From Octopus sinensis (Eukaryota), in the NCBI RefSeq assembly GCF_006345805.1, contig NC_043002.1, positions 50,902,001 to 50,966,000 on the forward strand: a stretch of DNA of 64,000 bases. Direction: 5' to 3'. Numbering within the stretch: the stretch's first letter is position 1; each line of letters begins with the position of its first letter. The notes below the pieces were generated by a model. It was not told where the DNA came from, searched no databases, and worked only from the letters and a program-made list of their open reading frames with translations. The position numbers and the translations under genes are program-made. Shown in pieces: positions 53,543 through 64,000 of the stretch.

Positions 53543-53979
53543 TTTTTCCTTTGAGTTTCATTTAAGCTCTTATTGAGAGAGTTCAAGCAAACAAAACGAC
53601 AACATTTTTGAGTTAAGAGAATTTTCGGTGTTGTTAAATATGTGGTTGAGTTGGCGCGTTGCTTGAGCTGTCGATATATACACCAAAGTGTATGCATCTA
53701 TTCACATAAAAATCTCAAATGGAGAATATTGGAAATGTCTTACAAATCTTCACTGTGCCACTAATGCTTTGGATTTGAAGAGTCCGCATCAGTTTCTTTG
53801 GCTCTTTCTCCGTGAAACCGAGTATTTCTAGGATTTTGTGCAAATCTAATGCACCTATGATTGTAGGTACAAATAAGAATTTATAGTCAGGGTACAAGAG
53901 ATGTAAGTTCTGTATTAATCCATCATAAATATCCTCTTTTTCCTGAACTTTTGGTCGTACATTTACATCCGCTGTGCAG
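53543..53979 (-). mobile_element. R4-like LINE family 2, 3' end, inserted within (TATG)n
   Basis: CTADVNVRPKVQEKEDIYDGLIQNLHLLYPDYKFLFVPTIIGAL...LQIQSISGTVKICKTF; (TATG)n at 53476-53542 and 53980-54032. Confidence 0.85.
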
Positions 53980-54266
53980 TATGTATGTATGTGTGTATGT
54001 ATGTATGTATGTATGTATGTATGTATGTATGTAGGTTTTAGTTACCAATTCTGTACAAGACATTGTAGATCTTTAGCTGGGCTAAAAAGTCACATTCGAT
54101 CACAGCACCAGTAACAGTTAAGCTTCGTGCAATGGCCATACTCGATAACGAGGGGGCAGCCATGTATGCATGCATGCATGTATGTATGTATGTATGTATG
54201 TATGTATGTATGTATGTATGTATGTATGAGTGTATGTATGTATGTATGTATGTATGTATGTATGTA

Positions 54267-54297
<31 letters not shown>

Positions 54298-54867
54298 ATG
54301 TTTGAATGTATGTGTGTATGAATATGTGTGTAAGTGTGTGAATATGTGTTTAGGCATGAGTGTGTATTCAAACTTACAGACATATGCACATACAAGCCAC
54401 ACAGAAGCAGAATGAACACAAGACTATCAATATCGTCACATAGCACCGCATTGCCATCATCATTGTCATCGTTATCAAAATCATCTTGTGCACCATGCAA
54501 TGACGGTATAATATATTTTCGTCTAGCGCTCTACATAAAGGCTCCTGAGTGTCGGAAACAGGGAAAGAAAGGAAGAAGCAGAGAGAGAGAGAGAGAGAGA
54601 GGGGGAGAGAAAGAGAGAGGTGGGGTACAAAAAATAAGGCAAGCATGTGAATGATAGATATCCGAGAGACGAGCAGACAGGTGAATAGATAAGCAGATAG
54701 AAAGAAAGAAATAAAGAGAGAGAGGGGGGAGAAAGAATGAAGGAAAAAGAGGAAGAAATAAAGAAAGAGAGAAAAAAAGAAAGAAACACAGATAGAAAGA
54801 GAGACTATTAGATATGTAAAGATAGACTGATAGAATGCATAGGATAAAGACACGGAGAGATAAAGAA

Positions 54868-54900
<33 letters not shown>

Positions 54901-54933
54901 TAGATTGATAGATAGATAGATAGATAGATAGAT

Positions 54934-54971
<38 letters not shown>

Positions 54972-54998
54972 CCGACAGAAAGACAGATAGACAGATAT

Positions 54999-55049
<51 letters not shown>

Positions 55050-55256
55050 TATATACGAGAAAATGTGAAGGACACAGAGGGCAAGACTTTTTTATTCTTT
55101 TATATGCATGTGTTTATGTGTATATATACATGTATATATATATATATACACACATATATATATATGTATACATACATATATCTATGTATATGTATATGTG
55201 TGTGTAATATATGCCCATATATCTATATGTATATATATATATATATAATAAATATA

Positions 55257-55291
<35 letters not shown>

Positions 55292-55579
55292 ATTATAATA
55301 TGTTACCCAGTAATTATGAAACACAAACACACAACATCAGCGCAGATGTTGAATATAATAACTGACCATGAACATAGTACGACCTTCAATTACTGACCAC
55401 ATTCTTCTTCTCTTTCCTTACACTTGACCGCCAACTCCATCATACGTGCCAATTATCTTGGCAACGACACGATGAAGGACACAAAACAGATACACATTCA
55501 CACACAGAAATATGTTAAATGATGTACATGTGAACATATTGTGTGTGTGTACGCATGCATATAGCGTACGTATAAATGC

Positions 55580-55624
<45 letters not shown>

Positions 55625-55907
55625 TATATAGATGTATGTATGTATGTATGTATGTATGTATATATTATATATATAATATATATATACATGCATATATATA
55701 TGCATAGAAAATAGTAATAAATACATAGAAACTTAATTGTATATACATCTATAAACGAAACGTACGGTTTGGTGTATATATGTGTATATACAAAATATGA
55801 AAAACATTTTATATGAAGTATGATTCTCCAGAAAAAGACGTATACGGCTACAAATATATTATCAAAAACAACAAAAAACATTACTACCACTACTACTACT
55901 ACTGATG

Positions 55908-56328
55908 ATAATCCTTTCTGCTATAGGCAAAAGACCTGAAATCTTGTGGGAAGGCGCTAATCGATTTCATCGACTTAATTTTGTCGACCCTGAAAGGATG
56001 AAAAGCAAGCAAAGTCGACCTCGGCGGAATTTGAACTTAGAACGTAGCGGCAGACGAAATACCTATTTCATTACTACGAAAAAGGGGCTAAACACAGAGA
56101 GGACAAACAAGGACAGTCAAACGGATTAAGTCGATTACATCGACCCCAGTGCGTAACTGGTACTTAATTTATCAACCCCGAAAGGATGACAGGCAAAGTC
56201 GACCCCGGGCGGAATTTGAACTCAGAACGTACTGGCAGACGAAATGCCGCTAAACATTTCGACCGGCGTGCTAAAGGTTCTGTCAGCTCGCCGCCTCAAT
56301 AATAATAATAATAATATAATAATAATAA

Positions 56329-56361
<33 letters not shown>

Positions 56362-56514
56362 GGTTTGAAATTTTGGCATAAGCGCAGCCATTTTGAGGGG
56401 AGGAGATATAGACCCCGAAAGGATGAAATTCAACCTCGGCGGAATTTGAACTCAGAACGTAGCGACGGGCGAAATACGCTAGGCATTTAGTTCGGCGTGC
56501 CAGCTTACCGCCTT
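55908..56514 (-). mobile_element. SINE family C cluster (55908-56297 dimeric copy; 56360-56514 copy)
   Basis: ggcggaatttgaactcagaacgtagcg...agctcgccgcct heads; (AAT)n spacers. Confidence 0.85.
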
Positions 56515-56594
56515 ATAATAATAATAAAATAATAATAAAATAATAATAAAAAATAATAATAATAATAATAATGATAATAATGATAATAATAATA

Positions 56595-56632
<38 letters not shown>

Positions 56633-56701
56633 TAATATAATATATATAATAATAATAATAATATAATATAATAATAATAATAATAATAAAATATAATAAT
56701 G

Positions 56702-56743
<42 letters not shown>

Positions 56744-56905
56744 TAATATAATAATAATAATAATAATAATATATAATAATAATAATAATATAATAATAAT
56801 AATAATAATGATAATAAGAAATAATAATAATAATAATAAGATAATAATAATAATAATAATAAAACATAATATAATAATAATATAATAATAATAATAATAA
56901 TAATA

Positions 56906-57457
56906 TACCTGATGCAGTACCAGGCAGTGTCTCATGGCTCTGATCTTAACTGATTGGAAGTGTTATCATGTACATTGTTTTGTCTTGGTATAAAAGATGG
57001 GCTACACAAATATTCTGCTCAATACCACAGATTTGCTTGTCATTTGTTTGACCTTAACCAGTTGAGCATGTCCCTTAGTGGCTGACGGTATGTGCATCTC
57101 TGATCACGAGCAGAAGTAGTGGGGGAGCATCATAGCCATGTGTTGAGAAGGATTCTTTGGGGTTTGAATAATTCACCTCTGGAAACATGGGTGTTTTGTT
57201 CAACGTCCTTAAACAAAACCCTTATTCAGGGACCATTTGAGCAGGATGGGTTACTCGATCTGAAGAAAATTCTAACTGGGCTCCATTTGCAAGGTCATGT
57301 GCTGTTTATCTTGATATGAGATCACCATATCGCGCACATATGGTTGTGATGCATGTGCCTGGTGTACCCTTATCAGACGGGTAGTCATGATGGGTATACT
57401 GGGCTTCGTATATTTTACCCCAGTGTCACTTTGATGGCATGCTCTGCTCGCTCACCA
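56906..57457 (+). mobile_element. ~556-bp non-coding element inserted in (AAT)n, copy 1
   Basis: One of five highly similar copies, each adjoining (AAT)n; no long ORF or tRNA head. Confidence 0.85.
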
Positions 57458-57471
57458 ATAATAATAATAAT

Positions 57472-57506
<35 letters not shown>

Positions 57507-57533
57507 TAATAAATAATAATATAATAATAAAAA

Positions 57534-57990
57534 TGCCCTGATGCAGTACCAGGCAGTGGCTCTCATGGCTTCCTGATCTTAACTGATTGGAAGTGTATCA
57601 TGTACATTGTTTTGTCTTGGTATAAAAGATGGGCTACAGCAAATATTCCGCTCAATACCACAGATTTGCTTGTCAGTTGTTTGACCTTAACCAGTTGAGC
57701 ATGTCCCTTAGTGGCTGACGATATGTGCATCTCTAATCACGAGCAGAAGTAGTGGGGGAGCATCATAGCCATGTGTTGAGAGGGATTCTTTGGGGTTGGG
57801 GGAGACAGGACTAGTTGAGCATGTCTCTTAGTGGCTGACGACATGTGCATCTCTGATCATGAGCAGAAGTAGTGGGGCAGCATCATAGCCGTGTGTTGAA
57901 AGGAATTCTTGGAGGTTTGGATAACTCACCTTTGGAAACATGGGTGGTTCGTTCAACATCCTTAAACAATCCTTATTCAGGGAAATTTTG
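57534..57990 (+). mobile_element. ~556-bp element copy 2 (internal ~105-bp duplication, 3' end lost)
   Basis: Starts tgccctgatgcagtacc after (AAT)n; cut by a SINE A fragment at 57993. Confidence 0.85.
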
Positions 57991-57992
57991 AC

Positions 57993-58150
57993 CTTGGTGT
58001 GTTTACGTTCCCGTAACTTAGCGGTTCATCAAAGATCGATAGAATAAGTACAGGTCTTACGAAGAATAAGTCATAGGGTCGATTTGTTCGACTAAAGGCG
58101 GGGCTCCAGCATGGGCGCATTCAAATGACTGAAACAAATGAAAGAATGAA
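57993..58150 (+). mobile_element. SINE family A 3' fragment
   Basis: gtttacgttcccgtaacttagcgg...gctccagcatgggcgcattcaaatgactgaaac. Confidence 0.8.
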
Positions 58151-58617
58151 AGAATATGTGTGTGTATGTGTGTGTATGTGCATGTGTGCGTGTATGTGTG
58201 TGCGCGTGCGTGTGTGTGTGTGCAAACATATACGCAGAGGTCTGAGTGAGGAAGAAAAGAGAAATATAGATTTGATTGATAGATTTCAATATCTATTTAT
58301 ACCAAAAGAAAACGTCCAAATTTGTACCTAAAAATTATTATTTACGCAAACATACACTCGCATGTTTCATTTATGTGCACATGCGTACGTAACGGCGTAC
58401 ATGTGTACTTACACTGACAAATATACATATATACAATATATTCATACATACATATACATACACACAAACACACACACATATATATATATACATACATATA
58501 TATATATATACATACAGATACAAAAACACACAGGAACACATGCATATATATGTATATATGGAGGCGCCTGGTATTGCGGTAATGGAGTTGCAGTCCATAT
58601 GTATTGTAAGATGCGGT

Positions 58618-58717
58618 NNNNNNNNNNNNNNNNNNNNNNNNNNNNNNNNNNNNNNNNNNNNNNNNNNNNNNNNNNNNNNNNNNNNNNNNNNNNNNNNNNN
58701 NNNNNNNNNNNNNNNNN
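58618..58717. other. Assembly gap (100 N)
   Basis: Run of N. Confidence 1.
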
Positions 58718-58871
58718 CAAAGCAAAACATGTCACTCAAACTCTTAAGCAAATATTCAGATATATACATACATGTATATATACATATATATTATATGTAT
58801 GTAATAATATATATATATATATATACACACATAACCACACATAAACATATATATATATATACATACATACA

Positions 58872-58950
<79 letters not shown>

Positions 58951-59248
58951 ATATATGTGTGTGTGTGTGTGTATGCAAACATTAATGCCTCTACACATAA
59001 ATATGTACATGTATGCAGCTGTGTGCGCGTGTGTGTTTGTGTGTATATGTGTGCAAAGAGAGATGGCAGTGAAACACGCCAGCAAACATCTTGAAATAGA
59101 AGATAGATTAGAGGGAGACAAGGGAAGGGTTGTGAGATGTGTAAAATTTAGAGTGACTGACAACTCGACAGCCGGGCGGACGGACAGTTTGGTAGACAGA
59201 TAGATAGATAGATAGATAGACAGATAGACAGATAGATAGATAGATAGT

Positions 59249-59311
<63 letters not shown>

Positions 59312-60064
59312 GCAGACAGGTAGATAGATAAATAGATTGATAAAATATGATAAAGTAGTTTTTTTTTTTTTTATTGCAAACATTATAACAAAATCTGGCA
59401 CACCTATGATTAATGAAAGATATTCCACCAGTAAACTTATCCGTTCTTTTGATGATATCTTGAACTACACTATCCAATACCAACTTTGTTTTTTTTCTTT
59501 TTGTTTTTCTTTGGCGGTGGTTTGGCGTGGGTGGGGAGCCAGCGAGTGAGATTGATGAAATTTAGGCTTTTATTTCTAGCAAGTCGAGAAGCAAGCTATC
59601 CACTTCCCTACGCCCGAAGAAATAACCGTACTCATAAGAAGCGTTATTACAGATGTTATTGCAACCATGATCACAAATATTATTGTAATAGTCATTACGA
59701 CTGTTAATACAATCAAGAACCTTAACAAATATTATTATAATGATGAGACTTTACGGACAAAATCAAGAAGCTTTATGATTATTATTACAATAGAAATTTG
59801 ATTACAATCAAGTGTCTTTAGAACTATTATTATGACAACGAGTCTTTGAAATTTCTTTTCTAAATACCAGTAATAACAACGCATATTACAATTAAGAGTT
59901 ATTACAACTGCTATTACAATTCTAAGCCATTAAAATATTCATTGCAGTGATGTTTTACAACTGCAACTACAATTACAATATTTGTTTAATCATTCTAAGT
60001 GCGTGTCGTTAAAATTATTATTACAATTGTAGTGATAATTACAATTGTAATAATAATTAACGAT

Positions 60065-60242
60065 AGGTACTCGGCAAAATGCTTAGCGGAATTGTATTCA
60101 TTCATATTCCGCCTACGTAGATTTTGCCTTTCATCCTTTCGGAATTGGTAAATTAAGTACCAAAAAAAAAAACACTAGTGTCGTTGTAATCGACTACACT
60201 GTCTCCCCACAAATTTGGGGCCCTGTGCCTCCCGTTGATAGG

Positions 60243-60243
<1 letters not shown>
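60065..60243 (+). mobile_element. SINE family C with (ATT)n tail
   Basis: cggcaaaatgcttagcgg...gcctttcatcctttcgg...ggattattatt. Confidence 0.75.
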
Positions 60244-60294
<51 letters not shown>

Positions 60295-60295
<1 letters not shown>

Positions 60296-61581
60296 TTTTT
60301 TTTTCTTCTTTCAAATTTGCTTCCATTTCTTGCCGAGTGTCTTCCCGACTCCTAGGGCAAAGAAACTCATAGTATACATTGGTAAGCCATTAAACCAAAC
60401 TCAGTAGTTTGTTTATTAAAAAAAATTTTTTTTTTTAAAGTTAAATTAAAATACATGAGCAGCAACAGTTCTCACATCGACAATGCTCTTCTCAATACGT
60501 GTGATGTACCAGTTAAGACAATCTTTTGCACTTCTTGCAGGGATGTAAGCCAGGGATCATTCTCATATAATTTTCGGTTCCCTTCTTGATCATTCCTAGT
60601 GCTCCTACGATCACTGGTATTGTAACCGCCTTGAGATGCCACATTTTCTCAATTTCAATGAGTAGGTCTTTATATTTTCTGAGCTTGTCAAACTCTTTCG
60701 CTGAGATATTATGATCACAGGGGATGCTCATGTCGATCAATAAGCAAACTTTATTGCTTTGGTCTTTCACAACAATATCTGGTTTATTGGCCTTGATGGG
60801 TCGGTCTGTATGTACTGGAAAGTCCCACAGAATGGTTACATTTTCTCCTTCAGTTACAGCCTCAGAGTGGTGATTATACCACTTGTCGGCAGGTTTTGAT
60901 ATTGTAATGCCGACTTATTAGCCAGTGGAGATATTGGCCAACTCTGTCATGTCTTAATTTATACTCCACTGGTGCTAAGGCTTTACATCCAGAGATTAGG
61001 TGGTCCACTGTTTCAATCAGTCGTTGCAGAATCGGCATTTTGGTCTGCTCCATTTTTCATCACATTGGCCTGGTAGTTCCGGGTTAATAGGCTTTGATCT
61101 TGAGCAGCCAGGATGAAACCTTCGCTCTCTGCTTTTAGCCCTGAGCTCCGTAGCCACTGATGGGTTTGCTCTGGTCAACATCAGCTTGTTTGCTGCGGGT
61201 CACATATTTGCCGTGCAGAGGTTTCTCCTCCCACCTATCAGCCAAATTGCTCGTGCGCTTTTTTCATTGCCATCATTTTCACCTTCTTTGCAACAATAGT
61301 TGCCGTATTTCCCTCGGGTTTTCAGTTTGGGTATCCTGCACGAGATCAATAGCAAATTTTTTGCTTTCCTTTATGATAGAATGAAGCTTCTTCGTCTCTC
61401 GTGATTTTCCACGAGCTTTAGCATCCAGTCATCGATATTCGAGAGATTTGGCCAGTCCAATTGTGGTTGTTTTGTAAGCTAGTTCAATTGGATCAGGCCT
61501 CGACCTCCTTGGGCTCTGGGAAGGTAAAGGCGATCTACGTCTGCCTTTGGGTGGTGCATCCTATTACAACTCAGCAGCTCT
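60295..61581 (-). mobile_element. 5'-truncated R4/Dong-like LINE
   Basis: HHPKADVDRLYLPRAQGGRGL, PLHGKY, ESEGFILAAQDQ, CRFC..HLISGC, RHDRVGQYLHW, LWDFPVHTDRPIKANKPDIVV, LIDMSIP and IPVIVGALG motifs; (ATT)n at both ends. Confidence 0.92.
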
Positions 61582-61615
61582 ATTATTATTATTATTATCA
61601 TTATTATTATTATTA

Positions 61616-61654
<39 letters not shown>

Positions 61655-61684
61655 CATCGTCATCATCATCATCATCATCATCAG

Positions 61685-62238
61685 TGAGTGAGAGAGCAGT
61701 ACATGCCATCAAAGTTACACTGGGGTAAAATATACGAGGCCCAGTACACCCATCATGACTACCCGTTTGATAAGGGTACACCAGGCACATGCATCACAAC
61801 CATATGTGCGCGACATGGTGATCTCATATCAAGATAAACAGCACATGACCTTGCAGGTGGGGCCCAGTTAGAATTTTCTTCAGGTTGAGTAGCCCATCCC
61901 GCTCAAAAGGTCCCTGAATAAGGGTTGTTTAAGGATGTTGAAAGAACCACCCATGTTTCCAGAGGTGAATTATTCAAACCCCAAAGAATCCCTCTCAACA
62001 CATGGCTATGATGCTCCCCCATTACTTCTGCTCGTGATCAGAGATGCGCATATCGTCAGCCACTAAGGGACGTGCTCAACTGGTTAAGGTCAAACAACTG
62101 ACAAGCAAATCTGTGGTATTGAGGAGAATATTTGCTGTAGCCCATCTTTTATACCAAGACAAAACAATGTACATGATAACACTTCCAATCAGTTAATATC
62201 AGAAGCCATGAGAGCCACTGCCTGGTACTGCATCAGGG

Positions 62239-62240
<2 letters not shown>
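61685..62240 (-). mobile_element. ~556-bp element copy 3 (full length)
   Basis: Reverse complement of copy 1; (ATT/ATC)n flanks. Confidence 0.88.
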
Positions 62241-62302
<62 letters not shown>

Positions 62303-62311
62303 CATCATTAT

Positions 62312-62873
62312 TGAGTAAGAGAGAGCAGTACATGCCATCAACGTGACACTGGGGTAAAATATATGAAACCCAGGATACCGATCATGACTACCCGTCTGAT
62401 AAGGGTACACTAGGCATATGCTACACAACCATATGTGCGCGACATGGTAACCTCATATCAAGATAAACAGCACATGACCTTGCAGGTGGGGCCCAGCTAG
62501 AATTTTCTTCTGGTCTAGTAGCCCATCCCGCTCAAAAGGTCCCTGAATAGGGGTTCTTTAAGGATGTTGAACGAAACACCCATGTTTCCACAGGTGAATT
62601 ATTCAAACCCCAAAGAATCCCACTCAACACAGGGCTATGATGCTCTCCCATTACCTCTGCTCGTGATCAGAGATGCACATGTCGTCAGCCACTAAGGGAC
62701 ATGCTCAACTGGTTAAGGTCAAACAGTTGACAAGCAATCTGTGGTATTGAGCAGAATATTTGCTGTAGACCATCTTTTATACCAAGACAAAACAATGTAC
62801 ATGATAACACTTCCAATCAGTTAAGATCAGAAGCCACGAGAGCCACTAGAGAGCCTGGTATAGCATCAGGGCA
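62312..62873 (-). mobile_element. ~556-bp element copy 4 (full length)
   Basis: As above. Confidence 0.88.
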
Positions 62874-62898
62874 TTCATTATTATTATTATTATTATTC

Positions 62899-62938
<40 letters not shown>

Positions 62939-62962
62939 TATTATTACTATTATTATTGTTAT

Positions 62963-63400
62963 TCCTTCGTAACACAGTGTAGGTAAAAATGCACCGGAGT
63001 CTTTAGTTATCTGTCAAGTCACAACAAGGACCTCAGACAAATAATACTTTCCTTAAGATGTGCACTCTGCCCAACAAGGCTGCTTTTTGCAAGACATCAA
63101 TCTTGCATGGGATTTCCGATTGCCTTAAGAAGTCTTGAAGTTTCAATGGGATTGAGCCCAAAGCTCCTATCACTACTGGTATCACTTTTACATTACCCTC
63201 TCGCTTTCCATACAGTCTTACCATTTCCACTTTTAATTCGCAGTACTTGGCGATTTTGTCAGCCTCTTTGCTCACAACATTCATGTCATTTGGTATGGCT
63301 ACATCAATGATCTGACAGTATTTGTCTCTCTTACTTAATATGACAATATCCGGTCGGGGCGGTGTTCGATTACACGATCCGTCTGAAAATCATAGTCCCA
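62963..63400 (-). mobile_element. R4/Dong-like LINE 3' fragment (same family as 22463-23763)
   Basis: WDYDFQTDRVIEHR...IIDVAIPNDMNVVSKEADKIAKYCELKVE...KVIPVVIGALG...LQKAALLG; same 3' UTR ending gttacgaagg; (ATT)n on both sides. Confidence 0.9.
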
Positions 63401-63415
63401 TTATTATTATTATTA

Positions 63416-63464
<49 letters not shown>

Positions 63465-63465
<1 letters not shown>

Positions 63466-63951
63466 GAGTGAGAGAGCAGTGCATGCCATCAAAGTGACAC
63501 TGGGGTAAAATATACGAAGCCCAATATACCCGTTTGATAAGGGTACACCAGGCACATGCATCACAACCATATGTGCGCGACATGGTGATCTCATATCAAG
63601 ATAAACAGCACATGACCTTGCAGGTGGGGCCCAGTTAGAATTTTCTTCAGGTTGAGTAGCCCATCCCGTTCAAAAGGTCCCTGAATAAGGGTTGTTTAAG
63701 GATGTTGAAAGAACCACCCATGTTTCCAGAGATTAATTATTCAAACCCCAAGAATCCCTCTCACACATGGCTATGGCTCCCCCACTACTTCTGCTCGTGA
63801 TCAGAGATGCACATATCGTCAGCCACTAAGGGACATGCTCAACTGGTTAAGGTCAAACAACTGACAAGCAAATCTGTGGTATTGAGCAGAATATTTGCTG
63901 TAGCCCATCTTTTATACCAAAACAAAACAATGTACATGATAACACTTCCAA
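63465..63951 (-). mobile_element. ~556-bp element copy 5 (5'-truncated)
   Basis: Intact 3' end at 63465; lacks roughly the first 55 nt, with (AAT)n directly at the truncation point. Confidence 0.85.
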
Positions 63952-64000
63952 TTATTATTATTATTATTATTATTATTTTATTATTATCATCATCATCATC

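Noticed and set aside
57715-57750. CTGACGA motif inside the 556-bp element
   Set aside because: No downstream GAAA or closing stems
58618-58717. ORFs spanning the poly-X stretch
   Set aside because: Assembly gap; contiguity across it is not guaranteed

Overview
AT-rich, microsatellite-saturated eukaryotic DNA. The repeat landscape (tRNA-headed SINEs, huge (TA)n/(CA)n/(GATA)n/(AAT)n tracts) looks like an octopus/coleoid genome; this is an inference, not a database match. I could not support any host protein-coding exon, and almost all ORFs in the track are microsatellite translation artefacts. Everything recognisable is mobile-element derived. DNA transposons: mariner (one near full-length, two decayed, plus a MITE family), a maT/DD37D fragment, a Tigger-like MITE, a complete Chapaev3 with TIRs and a TTA target duplication, Helitron/Helentron non-autonomous elements and a long-TIR foldback element. 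Retroelements: CR1-type, RTE and Tx1/L1 LINE fragments, at least eight R4/Dong-type REL-endonuclease LINE pieces, a Penelope-like GIY-YIG element and three tRNA-derived SINE families. Two themes stand out. (1) Three unrelated families of type I hammerhead-ribozyme-like motifs: 16384-16432 in a highly structured ~300 nt island; a back-to-back inverted pair at 51307-51419; and a C4-variant in a Penelope terminal repeat at 3052-3086 and 47240-47274. (2) An apparent microsatellite-targeting retroelement community: Dong-like LINEs and a 556-bp non-coding passenger element in (AAT)n with fixed polarity, a second REL LINE family in (CATA)n, and the Penelope family in (TA)n. There is a 100-N assembly gap at 58618-58717, and 46.5-50.8 kb shows homopolymer irregularities that may be sequencing error.
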